From: an uncultured Thermoplasmata archaeon
GTDB taxonomy: Archaea > Thermoplasmatota > Thermoplasmata > RBG-16-68-12
Direction of reading: 5' to 3'
Length of the DNA: 64,000 bases
NCBI GenBank assembly: GCA_963768855.1
Contig: CAVYJM010000011.1
Coordinates: 160,001-224,000, forward strand
Each line of letters opens with the position of its first letter. Within the stretch, counting starts at the first letter, position 1. The notes below the pieces were generated by a model. It ran no database searches and was not told the origin of the DNA. It saw only the letters and a program-made list of their open reading frames with translations. The position numbers were made by a program, and so were the translations under genes. Below, piece by piece: positions 18,703-29,051 of the stretch.

Positions 18703-19476
18703 TCAGCGCTCCCCGCGGCGTCGCCACGCGACGACGCCCAGGAAGACCGGGATGAAGATGCCGATGCCGAGGAGGATCGCCCAGCCTGCCGCCGGCTGCT
18801 GGACCTGGTTGTAGAAGATGGTCGAGGTCACGACTTCTCCCCGCGACGCCTGGATCACGCCGTCGTGGTCGAGGTCGGCGGACACCATCAGCGTGTGCTC
18901 GCCCGCGGTGAGCCCGAGGGGGAGGTACGTGAAGGTGACCGTGGCGTCCGAGTCTGCCGCGACCTGATTGACTAGGCTCGTGCCAACGAGCGACCCGTCG
19001 ACGTACCAGCGCACCGTGACGTTGAGCGCGGCCGTCGACCCGCCGTTGTGGAGGGTCGCGCTCAGCGTGAACGGCTTGATGACCTCGATGACGAACGTGG
19101 CGACCGTGTTCTCGGTCACCCCGACTTCGGGGGCCGCCGCGACGCTGATGGAGAGCGTGATAGTCTGCTCGAGCGTCGGAGCGGTGACGTTTACCTGGTA
19201 GTTGGTCCGGTTCCCGCTCGTCTGCCCCGGGGAGGAGCTCAGCGGGTTGCCGCCCGTGGTGTTCGTCCCGGAGATCGAGTAGGTCAGGGAGTAGGTCACG
19301 TTGCCGGCGGGTCCGCCGCTGATCGTGACGTTGTACTGCGCCGTCTGGCCGGGGGCCAGCGCGGGTGGCCCACCGACCGTCGCGAGGAGGGGGCCGCTTG
19401 CCGACGCGAGGGCCGTCGGGATGAGCCCCGCGGCGACGAGCAGGAAAACCACCAGGACCCAGGCCCGCACGATCAT
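18703..19476 (-). CDS. CARDB/Ig-like surface protein with signal peptide and C-terminal anchor
   Basis: ATLHNGGSTAALNVTVRWYVDG...GEHTLMVSAD; TM segment followed by RRR; overlaps the aglB stop. Confidence 0.75.
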   Translation of the reverse strand: MIVRAWVLVVFLLVAAGLIPTALASASGPLLATVGGPPALAPGQTAQYNVTISGGPAGNVTYSLTYSISGTNTTGGNPLSSSPGQTSGNRTNYQVNVTAPTLEQTITLSISVAAAPEVGVTENTVATFVIEVIKPFTLSATLHNGGSTAALNVTVRWYVDGSLVGTSLVNQVAADSDATVTFTYLPLGLTAGEHTLMVSADLDHDGVIQASRGEVVTSTIFYNQVQQPAAGWAILLGIGIFIPVFLGVVAWRRRGER

Positions 19477-22400
19477 CGCCTCCGGCGGGTGAGGATGAAC
19501 GCGGCTGCCACGGCGGAGACCGCACCCGCGATGGCGGCGATCAGGAGCTCGTTCGGAGGCAGCTGGAGCGCGGCTCCCGGACCGGAGACTCCGACCCCCG
19601 AGGGCACCGTGAGGGCGGGCAGCGTCGCCGTGTACGTGGTCTGGGCCGCGACGGAGGGGGTTCCTTCAGCGGCAACCTGCAGCGCGACGGTCGTGCCTCC
19701 GTTCGCGCCAGCCAGGCGGAGGACGAGCTTCACGCCCGCCGTCGCGTTCGCATCGACGCTCACGTTCGCGAGGGTGAGTCCCGCGGCCTGCGTCGCGCCC
19801 ACCCGGGCCAGCGCGGGCGACCAGCCGCCCGCCGCGATGTCGCTGGGATTCTGGATGCTCAGGTCCACGACCTCGGGAGCGTTCCCCGTGTTGTGCACGT
19901 TGAGCGTGTAGTTGAGGTACCGGCCGTCGAAGGTCCCGGAGGTCGGATCGACCTGGAGGGTCAGCCCGCGGGTCCGGACGATTCCGACGGTCACCGCGAG
20001 GTTGCCCCTCGCATTCGTGTCCGCCGTCGAGGTCGCCGTGATCGTCACGGTCCCGTGGTTCACGAGGGCATCGGACGGCGTCTGGATCGTGACCGTGACG
20101 GCGCTCCGGTTCGTCGCGGTGCCGTAGTTCAGGTTCACGGTGGACGGGAAGAAGCTGAAACTCCAGCCGGAGGCGGCGCTCCCCGAGAGGGAGAACGTGT
20201 CCTGGAGGTTGCCCGTGTTCTCCACGACGAACGTGTAGGTCACGGAACTGCCGCCGCGGACCGTCCGGTTCTGGGACGCATCCCAGGTCACCGCGACCGA
20301 GTGCGTATCCACGCGGCCGAGCTGCAGGTTCACGACCGTGTCGGACTGGAGGGTGATCGTCGCGGTCCCCTGGTAGTGCACGAGGAGGCCCTGCTCCGTC
20401 TGGGACCGGTCCGCCGTGATCGCGTAGGTGCCGAGCGGGAGCAAGGACTGGTAGTTCCCGCTCAGGTCCGTGGAGAGCGTCAGCGGGGCCGCACCGGCCA
20501 CGTTCAGCGTCGCATTGACCCGCACCCCGGATGGGTCGGTCGTCACACCCGACACGAGGAAGGCCGGGAGCAGCGGGACCGTATACGCGAACGTGGCGGC
20601 GTGGGGCACGCTCAGGGTGCCCAGGAAACCGCTCGGGCCGATGACCCGCGTGGCGTACACGACGTACGTGCCCGGCGCGAGTGGCGCGGAGTACGTGCCG
20701 TCGGACTGGGCGACGGCTTGCGAACCGATCGCGCCGCCCGACTGAGCGATGAAGGATAGGCTCGCGTCGGCCCCGGTCGCGCCGAGCAGGACCCGCCCGG
20801 CGACGGTCGTGTTGTCATACGTCCGGTTCGCGGCGATGTCGTACGTGAGGCTCGTCGTCCCGGGTGCCACGGTCAGGGTGCCCGTGAACGAGTAACGGTA
20901 GTAGCGGGTGATGCCAGAGGCCTGGACGCTCCCCGTCGCGTCGAGCGAGACTGTGTAGTTGCCGGTCACGAGGCTCGCGCTGTACGTGCCGCCCGCGACG
21001 GTGGATGCCGGGAAGGACCCGCCCTCGATGCGGGCGAAGGTAAGGGGGAACGCGGTGCTGACTCCGATCCCGTTGACCGCCACCCGGCCGGAGACCTGGG
21101 TCGTGAGCTGAAGCGCGAGGGTCAGATTGCCTGCGGGGGGCAGGGTCGCGTTCGTGAGGACCTCGTATGCGGTCCCGCCGACCGTGCGGTTCGCGAGGAC
21201 CGAGTAGGTGCCCGCCTGCAGGTAGAGCGAGTACCCGGCCGCGGTCGTCGTGACGGTCCGGTCATCCGGTCCCTGGAACGAGACCGTGGCAGGACCCGCG
21301 GTGCCCGCGAGGGTGACGTTGCCCTTGACGAGGGCCCGCGCGACGATCGTGGGGGAGTACGAGACCTGTCCCTCGCCTACGGAGAGGACGACGGTGTCCG
21401 TCCCGAGGTTCTGATACCGCCACGCGCTCGAGGTGGACGAAACATTCTCGTCGACGGAGAGCTCGTACGTGCCCGGGGTCAGGGAGAGGGAGAACGTGCC
21501 ATCGGTGAAGGTCGTCCCGTTCACGGACTCTGCTCCGCCTCCGCGCGCGATCGCCTGAAGCTGCAAGGCGCGGTTCAGGATCGGGGTGCCGTTCAGGATT
21601 ACGGTCCCGGTCAGGGAGACCGGGAGGGGCGTGAGGGTCCAGCGGACTCCCGAGCCGATCTCCGAGGGCGACGAGCTGGAGATCGTGTAGGGCGCGAAGC
21701 CGTCGGCGGTCACCGTGCCGGCGTACGTGCGGTTGTCAAACAGGGTGAGGTTGAATCCGCCCGTCGGGTCCGCGATTGCGACGGTCCGCTGGCCGGCGCT
21801 GTCTGTGAGGGAGACCCGTGCGCCCGAGATCCCCTCGCCCGAGTTGACCAGGCCGTTCCCGTTCACGTCCCAGTAGACCGTGCCGGAGAGGGTCGTGGCG
21901 GGCCAGAGGGACAGGTCGAGGCTCGTGGCGGCGGCGCTGAGGCTCGCGGTTCCCTCCCAGCCCACGCCCGGCGCGTTCGTGACGACCGAGTACGAACCGA
22001 GGGGCAGGTACGCCAGATACGTGTTCCCGAGGGCGGAGCGGACCCACCACTCGCCGGTCGATCCGAGGAACCCGATGTGGGCCCGGAGGTCCGTGGTCTG
22101 GTCCGCGACCGAGACGGAGCCGCTCACCCGCGAACCGTCGACGAAGTTGGGGTCGAACGTGGACGTCGCGGCCTGCCGGACCGTGACCGCCCCGAGCGTG
22201 GCGAAGAGGGACGTCCCCTGGTACATGCGCCCGTTGACGTTCCAGTCCCCGGCGGGGAGCGCGAGGCTGTAGTGGCCGTTCGCGTCGGAGGTGGCCGTCG
22301 CGATGAGGTAGTCGGTCGCCCTCGCCTGGAAGTTGACCGTGGCGTAGGGAAGCGCGACGCCGAACAGCTCGGTCGTGCCGGTGACGCGTCCCGAGGGCGC

Positions 22401-25400
22401 CAAGGTCAGGTTCTGGCTGACCCCGGTGTTCTCCACATGGAAGCTGAACGGGATGGACGACAGGGAGCCCGCGACGGCGCCCAACGTGTAGTTGCCCGGC
22501 AGGACGAACGGGAAGTTGTAGACCCCGGTCCCGTTGGACGCGGTCTGCCACGAGGTGTGGTTCGTGGCGTCCGTCAGGGTGACGTTGATTCCTGACATCG
22601 GCGCGCCCGTCGCGTCGACCGTGCTGCCGCCCACGCTCGTGAACGACAAGGAGATGTCCCGGCTGCTGCTCGTTGCGGTCCCGATCTGGATGTCCGCGGC
22701 GGAGAACGTCCTGCCCTGGTAGCTGACCCGGACATGGTACACCCCGACCGGAAGGTTCGCGAGGGAGTAGGCGCCCGTCGGCCCCGCGGTGGCCGTCGCG
22801 ACGCGGCCGAAGTCCGTCGCGGACAGCGTGAGGGTCGCGCCCGCGGCGACGAGGTCGCCGGAGCCGTAGAATGTGTCGTGGTTGATGTCGAAGTAGAGGG
22901 TCCCGTGGAGGGACTGGGGCGTGACTTGGAAGTCGTGGGCGATGAGCCAGTCCGGGACGCCGTCCTGGTTCAGGTCCTGGTTGACCCGCATCGCCTGGTC
23001 CACGGTGACGGGGATCGTCGTCGTGCCGAGGATGTTCGGGCCGACGAGGGTCCGGTTGTCGGCCGTGCCGGTGCTCGCGGTGAGCGTGATGTTCCCGAAC
23101 GGGACGATCGCGCTGTAATGCCCGTTCGCATCCGTCGTGGTCTCGTAGTGCGGGGTCCCGAGCTCGTCCGTGACCGTGATCTGGACGTTCGACAGGGGGA
23201 CGCCGCCTGCGCTGACCGTCCCGTTGACGTACGCACCGTCGTAGTAGCGGAGGATGATGGCCCCGTTCTGGACGGTCGACAGGGTGCTCATGTCGACGAC
23301 GCCGGTCGCCTTCCCTGCGGAGATCTGGCTCTGGAGGGCGAGGGCCTGGTCATAGTTCATCGCCCGCCAGGCGCCCGTGTGGTTGGACGGGTCCGTGTAG
23401 GGGTTGTAGTACGCGGTCCGGTACACGACCCGGAAGTGACTGAGGTTCCATGCGGGCTGAGGTGTGTAGGCCGCCAGCGCCTGGTCGAGCCCCGGGATCC
23501 CCTTGTCGGTGGACCCGACCACGGACGGCGAGTACCCGATGTAGGCACGGTAGAACATCGAGTTGTAGAACATGGGCTGGAACTGGATCGTCGTCGAGCT
23601 GATCTGGTCTGTCGGGGACACGATTTGGATGGGGAGGTTGTTCCCGCGGTTCGTGTTGGCGAAGAGCTGGAAGAAGTCGAAGGGCATGACCTGGCCGTTC
23701 GCGAGGTTGATGACCCGGTGGTCCGAGAGCTTCGCGGGCGCGTAGAAGATGCCCGTGTTCGTGGCGCTCACCGGGAAGAGTCTCGAGTCGACCATGAAGT
23801 ACCCGACGGAGGTGCCCGTGGCCGTGCACATCGCCTGGTAGAGGCCCACGAGGCGGTCTTCGCTGAGCTTCGCGAGGAGCACCTGGCCGAGGTAGATGTA
23901 CGGCGTGTTCACGTTCTGGAGGTTCGCGTCCCAGGGACCGTACAGGTTCGGGCTCGTCAGGATCGTCGAGATGAGCGCACTCGGGTTCTTGAAGGCGAAA
24001 GCGACCTGGGCGGGGTTGATGCCGAAGCTCGTCAGGATCTGGGAAGCCTCGGGGCTCAGGCTCCCGCCGTGCGCGCGGAAGTCGCCCTCGATCACACGCA
24101 GGGTCATCAGCGCGATCGCGGAGCTCTCGTTCTGAGAGAGGATGAACTGTCCCGAGATGGCGTACCCGTTCTGGAACGGATCGGCCACGACGGGATGGCC
24201 GCCGCGCTCCGTGATCTCGAACCCGTAGTCCCACCAGGCCACGACGGACGGCCGGTCGACGAGGGGGACGTTCGTGTCCTGGGTCGATAACCACTGGTAC
24301 GCCGCCGGGAAGTATTGGGTCTCGTTCGGCAGGGAGTACCCGAAGGCCCCGAGGTAGTAGGTGTTCCCGGTCCCCGCGGAGCTGTATCCCGGGGCCTGCA
24401 AGAAGGAGGGGAGGAGGGCCTGGATCTGCCGGTCGTAGGCCGCCTTCTGCTCGTACGGGATGCCGGCGTCCACCGCGAACCAGACGTTGGGCAGGAGGAC
24501 GAGCATGGCGATGAGGACCGCGACGATCACGTGGCGGGGCTTGACGCTCTTCCGCATCGCGTTCCGCCATGAGCCTTCGGCGAGGGAGCGGTAGGTGCGG
24601 CGCATCTCCTCGAACCCGAAGCGCGTGAGCACCAGGTCGAGCGCGTACCCCGTGGCGATGGCCATGACCGGCGCGGCGTCGAAGATGAACCGCGCGGCAG
24701 CGAGGGACATGAACAGGGCGCCCGCCGTCCACAGGACGAGCATCGTGTAGGCGGCATTGTTGCGCCGCGGGATCTGCCAGATCATGTACGCGATCGCGCC
24801 GAGGCCGAGGTAGAAGGTGAACCAGCCAAAGTTCAGGATGAGCTCCGACATCCCGGGTTCTTGCGCCTCGGCGATCGTCTGGTACACCTTGTTCTTGACG
24901 AAGTACCCGGCGCCGCTGTAGAAGGCGAACAGGAGGGACGGGTTCACCGTGAAGCCGATCAGGAGGCCCACGCCGCCGGCCGCGAACGTGGCGGGGATGA
25001 CGATCGTCCAGGGGTAGTCGCGGGTGACCGTGAAGACGAGCCCGAGCGCCGTCGCCACGAGGAACAGGTAGAACGGCACGTCCCACCAGACGTGGATCAG
25101 ATTCCGCACGGAGTACCACGGGAAGGAGATGAGGAGCGGGGTCGCCAGGATGATCATGAAGAGGATCGTGACCCCCATCGCGTCCTGGTTGCGGATCCGG
25201 TCGAGGAGGATCTCGACGACGAAGATGAGCACCAGGATGACGGGGACGTACGCCCAGCCCTGCCAGGACAGCGCGGTGACCGCGATGCAGAGGCCCGCCA
25301 AGAACGCGTACAGGACGCTCTTGCGGTTCTCTTGCAGGAACGCCCGGAGCCCCGTCGCGATGGCCTTGCGCTGGAACCAGTTCTCGACCCATCGCCGGCG

Positions 25401-25991
25401 GTTCAGGGTCTTCAGGGCCCGGAGGTAGAAGAAGAACGTGCAGATGACGAAGAACAGGGTCCACGAGTCGTGGACCGCGATCGTGGCGTGGCTGCGCTGG
25501 AGGGAGGCCGCGCTGAACGCGAGCAGGAACGCCGCCAGGATGCCGGCCCGGCGGTTGAACGCCTCCTTCCCGATGAGGTAGGTCGGGATGACCGCGAGGA
25601 CGCCGAAGATCGCGGCGTTCATGTTCAGCATCCAGACCATCGCGTTCCAGGCCCCGCCTGGGAACGCCGGGGAGATCACGTAGCCCCCGAGCAGGTTGAA
25701 CCAGTCGAAGAGCGGGGGACGGACGTCGGGGAACCCGACGGGGTAGTTCATCGCGTAGTCCCAGCTGATCTCTTTCCCCGTCTGGAACGAGTAGAGGAGG
25801 GCGCGTTCCCAGTAGAAGGGGTCGGACCCGCCGGAGTAGTCGCCTCCGCCGGTCCAGAACCCCGCAGGAGCGAACTCGCCGTAGACGAAGTAGACGCGCA
25901 GGAACAGGGCGAGGCCCAGGATCAGCGCGAGGATGAGCCCGATGCGCCAGTTCTCGCGGAGCCAGCTCTTACGGTCTTCCACTGGGTACAC
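19473..25991 (-). CDS. aglB: Oligosaccharyltransferase AglB (STT3) with very long C-terminal repeat extension
   Basis: Multi-TM N-terminal half with SDPFY, TIAE (TIXE) and WWDYG motifs, followed by tandem carboxypeptidase-regulatory-like beta repeats and a C-terminal TM + RRRR. Confidence 0.92.
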   Translation of the reverse strand: MYPVEDRKSWLRENWRIGLILALILGLALFLRVYFVYGEFAPAGFWTGGGDYSGGSDPFYWERALLYSFQTGKEISWDYAMNYPVGFPDVRPPLFDWFNLLGGYVISPAFPGGAWNAMVWMLNMNAAIFGVLAVIPTYLIGKEAFNRRAGILAAFLLAFSAASLQRSHATIAVHDSWTLFFVICTFFFYLRALKTLNRRRWVENWFQRKAIATGLRAFLQENRKSVLYAFLAGLCIAVTALSWQGWAYVPVILVLIFVVEILLDRIRNQDAMGVTILFMIILATPLLISFPWYSVRNLIHVWWDVPFYLFLVATALGLVFTVTRDYPWTIVIPATFAAGGVGLLIGFTVNPSLLFAFYSGAGYFVKNKVYQTIAEAQEPGMSELILNFGWFTFYLGLGAIAYMIWQIPRRNNAAYTMLVLWTAGALFMSLAAARFIFDAAPVMAIATGYALDLVLTRFGFEEMRRTYRSLAEGSWRNAMRKSVKPRHVIVAVLIAMLVLLPNVWFAVDAGIPYEQKAAYDRQIQALLPSFLQAPGYSSAGTGNTYYLGAFGYSLPNETQYFPAAYQWLSTQDTNVPLVDRPSVVAWWDYGFEITERGGHPVVADPFQNGYAISGQFILSQNESSAIALMTLRVIEGDFRAHGGSLSPEASQILTSFGINPAQVAFAFKNPSALISTILTSPNLYGPWDANLQNVNTPYIYLGQVLLAKLSEDRLVGLYQAMCTATGTSVGYFMVDSRLFPVSATNTGIFYAPAKLSDHRVINLANGQVMPFDFFQLFANTNRGNNLPIQIVSPTDQISSTTIQFQPMFYNSMFYRAYIGYSPSVVGSTDKGIPGLDQALAAYTPQPAWNLSHFRVVYRTAYYNPYTDPSNHTGAWRAMNYDQALALQSQISAGKATGVVDMSTLSTVQNGAIILRYYDGAYVNGTVSAGGVPLSNVQITVTDELGTPHYETTTDANGHYSAIVPFGNITLTASTGTADNRTLVGPNILGTTTIPVTVDQAMRVNQDLNQDGVPDWLIAHDFQVTPQSLHGTLYFDINHDTFYGSGDLVAAGATLTLSATDFGRVATATAGPTGAYSLANLPVGVYHVRVSYQGRTFSAADIQIGTATSSSRDISLSFTSVGGSTVDATGAPMSGINVTLTDATNHTSWQTASNGTGVYNFPFVLPGNYTLGAVAGSLSSIPFSFHVENTGVSQNLTLAPSGRVTGTTELFGVALPYATVNFQARATDYLIATATSDANGHYSLALPAGDWNVNGRMYQGTSLFATLGAVTVRQAATSTFDPNFVDGSRVSGSVSVADQTTDLRAHIGFLGSTGEWWVRSALGNTYLAYLPLGSYSVVTNAPGVGWEGTASLSAAATSLDLSLWPATTLSGTVYWDVNGNGLVNSGEGISGARVSLTDSAGQRTVAIADPTGGFNLTLFDNRTYAGTVTADGFAPYTISSSSPSEIGSGVRWTLTPLPVSLTGTVILNGTPILNRALQLQAIARGGGAESVNGTTFTDGTFSLSLTPGTYELSVDENVSSTSSAWRYQNLGTDTVVLSVGEGQVSYSPTIVARALVKGNVTLAGTAGPATVSFQGPDDRTVTTTAAGYSLYLQAGTYSVLANRTVGGTAYEVLTNATLPPAGNLTLALQLTTQVSGRVAVNGIGVSTAFPLTFARIEGGSFPASTVAGGTYSASLVTGNYTVSLDATGSVQASGITRYYRYSFTGTLTVAPGTTSLTYDIAANRTYDNTTVAGRVLLGATGADASLSFIAQSGGAIGSQAVAQSDGTYSAPLAPGTYVVYATRVIGPSGFLGTLSVPHAATFAYTVPLLPAFLVSGVTTDPSGVRVNATLNVAGAAPLTLSTDLSGNYQSLLPLGTYAITADRSQTEQGLLVHYQGTATITLQSDTVVNLQLGRVDTHSVAVTWDASQNRTVRGGSSVTYTFVVENTGNLQDTFSLSGSAASGWSFSFFPSTVNLNYGTATNRSAVTVTIQTPSDALVNHGTVTITATSTADTNARGNLAVTVGIVRTRGLTLQVDPTSGTFDGRYLNYTLNVHNTGNAPEVVDLSIQNPSDIAAGGWSPALARVGATQAAGLTLANVSVDANATAGVKLVLRLAGANGGTTVALQVAAEGTPSVAAQTTYTATLPALTVPSGVGVSGPGAALQLPPNELLIAAIAGAVSAVAAAFILTRRRR

Positions 25992-26172
25992 GACTCCGAA
26001 GAGGGTGCTCGATAAGGGACGTCCTATTTATGACTTGTCGGAAGTGCATGGAGGGCGCTCGTCTCGGACCGCACCGGACCAGCATCCGCGGTCGGCCAAG
26101 AGGTTTTTGGCACGCAGGTCGAACCCTTCGCGCCCCACAGGCCTTAAGCCGTCCGGCGGGATGCCGGAGGCC

Positions 26173-26349
26173 ATGAAGCGAGACCTCATGGACATCCTGT
26201 GCTGCCCGGTCTGCAAGGGGGACCTGGAGCTGAAGGTGGACCTCGAGAAGGACGAGATCCTCGAGGGCTCGCTGTTCTGCAAGGCGTGCAACCACCGCTA
26301 CGAGATCCGGGACGGCATCCCGGACCTGCTGCCGCCCGATTTCAAATGA
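26173..26349 (+). CDS. trm112: Trm112-like methyltransferase activator
   Basis: MKRDLMDILCCPVCKGDL...LFCKACNHRYEIRDGIPDLL. Confidence 0.85.
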   Translation: MKRDLMDILCCPVCKGDLELKVDLEKDEILEGSLFCKACNHRYEIRDGIPDLLPPDFK

Positions 26350-26884
26350 ACTCGGCCTGCGCCGCCACGATCCCGGTGCTATCCTCCGCCCGGCGGTAGG
26401 CGTCCAGCGGCTCCCGGTTGAGCAGGAAGAACTGCTCTCCCCACGCGAACTTCGACAGGACATCGCGGCTTTGGCCCTCCTCCCCGAGGATCGCGAGGGC
26501 GGCGGCGAGGGCTTCCGCGCTGGAGAGGATGAACGGCTTGCCGTAATTGACGGGGTTCGCGGCGAGCAGGTACGGCAGAGCGCGTCCGACGGCCTTCGGG
26601 ACGGCGGGGAACCGCCCGACCTTCTCCGTGATCTTCCAGCTCAGGTCGAGGACGGAGAGGCCGTGCAGGCGCGCCCGCGGGGCGTCCGCACGCGACAGGG
26701 CCCGTTCGGCGCCCGGAGTCAGGAGGAGCGTGCCGCCGGGCAGGGACGAGGCGCGTGGCACGAAGGTGAGCAAGCCGTGCCGCTGCAGCTTGCGGGAGGT
26801 GCATTTCTTGGGGTCGCACTGCCCCGCGTGGTATGCGTACAGGCGGATGCCCGTCACGGGCGGGCCATCCCGAGCGGAGGCCAT
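26342..26884 (-). CDS. tsr3: rRNA aminocarboxypropyltransferase Tsr3
   Basis: QCDPKKCTSRKL, LDLSW, RALPYLLAANPVNYGKP, LSSAEA, FAWGEQF. Confidence 0.9.
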   Translation of the reverse strand: MASARDGPPVTGIRLYAYHAGQCDPKKCTSRKLQRHGLLTFVPRASSLPGGTLLLTPGAERALSRADAPRARLHGLSVLDLSWKITEKVGRFPAVPKAVGRALPYLLAANPVNYGKPFILSSAEALAAALAILGEEGQSRDVLSKFAWGEQFFLLNREPLDAYRRAEDSTGIVAAQAEFI

Positions 26885-27077
26885 AAGCGTGGCGCATGGT
26901 CGCAAAGCTCATGGTCAAGGGGCGCCTTGCGCCGCCCGCCACTGTGATGATGCAACCGACGCTGACTCGTGATGAATGATGGGCGATCTGAGTGGCCGGC
27001 TTTTGTCAACACGCCGCCCGGCGCCTGGATGAACTTATTTATACCGAAAAGGGCGATGGAATCGTCGGGATGCACCC

Positions 27078-27551
27078 ATGGTGACGGGGTTCGACCTTCT
27101 CGGCCACAATCGGACGTTTCAGACGCACTGGGCGAAGCGGGTCGTGGCCTTCGTCATCGACCTCCTCTTCGTCTTCGCGCCCCTCTGGACCCTCCTGTTC
27201 TTTGACGGCGAGCGCGCCCCCTGGGTCTTCGGGGTCCTGGGCGGCGTCGCCCTGTACGTCTACTCGGTGACCGCGGAGGCGATCTTCCGGACGACCTGCG
27301 GCAAGTACATCGCAGGCCTCGAGGTGCGCCCCATCCGCGGGCCCATGACGTTCGCCAAGGCGGCCGTCCGCAACATCCCGAAGCTCTTCTGGTTCCTCTT
27401 CCCCTTCCTCGACACGATCGCGGGGATGCTCGTGGACGGGGATCCGCGGCAGCGCTGGTCGGATCACGTCCTGGGGACCACGGTCGCGCAGTCCAACCTC
27501 ATCCGCGTCAAGGTGCACCGCGCCGCGCCGTCCCGCAGCGGGTCGCGATAG
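27078..27551 (+). CDS. RDD family membrane protein
   Basis: KRVVAFVID, TCGKYIAGLEV, AAVRN, QRWSDHVLGTTV. Confidence 0.85.
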   Translation: MVTGFDLLGHNRTFQTHWAKRVVAFVIDLLFVFAPLWTLLFFDGERAPWVFGVLGGVALYVYSVTAEAIFRTTCGKYIAGLEVRPIRGPMTFAKAAVRNIPKLFWFLFPFLDTIAGMLVDGDPRQRWSDHVLGTTVAQSNLIRVKVHRAAPSRSGSR

Positions 27552-27604
27552 GCGACGGGGCACGATTATATAGCGAGGGCCGGATGCCTTCGCCGCGTGA
27601 GCCC

Positions 27605-27859
27605 ATGCTCTTCGTTGCGCAGCTGAAAGTGATGCCCGGGCAGCTCGAGGAGGCGACCCGACTCTTCAGACACCCCCGCCTGCCGAACAACGTGATGGTG
27701 CACGAATTCCTCGCCCTCCTGGGCAAGCCGGATGCGATGGTCATCTTCGAGGCCCAGGACGCCGTGACGGCCGCGGACTTCGTGACGCAGTTCGCCCACG
27801 TCGCGGAGACGATCACGTCCCTCGCCCTCCGTGTCGAAGAGCTGAAGTGGACCTCGTAG
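27605..27859 (+). CDS. GYD-like small ferredoxin-fold protein
   Basis: ALLGKPDAMVIFEAQD...TITSLA pattern. Confidence 0.65.
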   Translation: MLFVAQLKVMPGQLEEATRLFRHPRLPNNVMVHEFLALLGKPDAMVIFEAQDAVTAADFVTQFAHVAETITSLALRVEELKWTS

Positions 27860-27970
27860 CGTAGAGTTGTTGTCCGGGTTTCCGCAGTCTCAGCGTTGGC
27901 CGCCGTCTCGACTCAATTCCTAGAGCCAGGTCCGAGCTGAGTTTTCGAGCTCCGATGGCAGCCGCATGAA

Positions 27971-28018
27971 CAAGGAAACGAAATAGGAAAAGTGGAAGGG
28001 GAGGGCCCTGGGGCCCTC
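27971..28018 (-). terminator. Hairpin plus pyrimidine/U-rich tract downstream of the pilin pair
   Basis: gagggccc-tg-gggccctc inverted repeat (28001-28018), followed on the minus strand by a T-rich run. Confidence 0.55.
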
Positions 28019-28029
28019 GTTCTAGGCGC

Positions 28030-28530
28030 CTAGGCCTGCCAGGCGACCGACTGGATCTGGGATCCGTCGGAGTAGAGCAGGTAGAAGGTCAACGCGGTGC
28101 CGGACGCCGGTGCCGACGGGAACGCGATCGTGAACCGGCCGCCCGCGGTCAACGTGCCCGCGCTGCCCAGGTCGGTCCACTTGACACCGACCGAGGACGG
28201 AGTGGCTCCGGTGACGGTCACCGTCGTGTTGACTCCCGTGGCTCCCATGGGAACCGCGGTCCCCGTGAACGTCGCAATCCCGAAGTTCACCTTATAGTTG
28301 GCCGGGCCGATAGCGGGAGACGCCGACGCGACCGTGAACAACCAGGTCACCGCATTCACCTTCGTCGTCGAGCTGAACGTCACGAACGGCTTCTGTGTGC
28401 TCGGCCCCGAGATGAGGCCGGACACCATGACGTACAGCACGGCGGCGAGCACCACCGTAATCGCGACCATCAAGATCGTCGCGATGACGGGAGACACCGC
28501 CTGCTCATCCTTGCGGATGATGTTCTTCAT
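28030..28530 (-). CDS. Archaeal type IV pilin (copy 1)
   Basis: Class III signal peptide MKNIIRKDEQA/VSPVIATILMVAITVVLAAVLYVM; ggagg RBS upstream. Confidence 0.92.
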   Translation of the reverse strand: MKNIIRKDEQAVSPVIATILMVAITVVLAAVLYVMVSGLISGPSTQKPFVTFSSTTKVNAVTWLFTVASASPAIGPANYKVNFGIATFTGTAVPMGATGVNTTVTVTGATPSSVGVKWTDLGSAGTLTAGGRFTIAFPSAPASGTALTFYLLYSDGSQIQSVAWQA

Positions 28531-28550
28531 GTGACTTCCTCCTGGAAGAC

Positions 28551-29051
28551 CTAGGCCTGCCAGGCGACCGACTGGATCTGGGATCCGTCGGAGTAGAGCA
28601 GGTAGAAGGTCAACGCAGTTCCGGACGCCGGTGCCGACGGGAACGCGATCGTGAACCGGCCGCCCGCGGTCAACGTGCCCGCGCTGCCCAGGTCGGTCCA
28701 GGTAATGCCGACCGCCGAGGGCGTGGCTCCGGTGACGGTCACCGTCGTGTTGACTCCCGTGGCTCCCATGGGAACCGCGGTCCCCGTGAACGTCGCAATC
28801 CCGAAGTTCACCTTATAGTTGGCCGGGCCGATAGCGGGAGACGCCGATGCGACCGTGAACAACCAGGTCACCGCATTCACCTTCGTCGTCGAGCTGAACG
28901 TCACGAACGGCTTCTGTGTGCTCGGCCCCGAGATGAGGCCGGACACCATGACGTACAGCACGGCGGCGAGCACCACCGTAATCGCGACCATCAAGATCGT
29001 CGCGATGACGGGAGACACCGCCTGCTCATCCTTGCGGATGATAGATTTCAT
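28551..29051 (-). CDS. Archaeal type IV pilin (copy 2, near-identical)
   Basis: Same 166-aa sequence with 4 substitutions; ggagg RBS and tttaaa TATA at about 29111-29116. Confidence 0.92.
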   Translation of the reverse strand: MKSIIRKDEQAVSPVIATILMVAITVVLAAVLYVMVSGLISGPSTQKPFVTFSSTTKVNAVTWLFTVASASPAIGPANYKVNFGIATFTGTAVPMGATGVNTTVTVTGATPSAVGITWTDLGSAGTLTAGGRFTIAFPSAPASGTALTFYLLYSDGSQIQSVAWQA

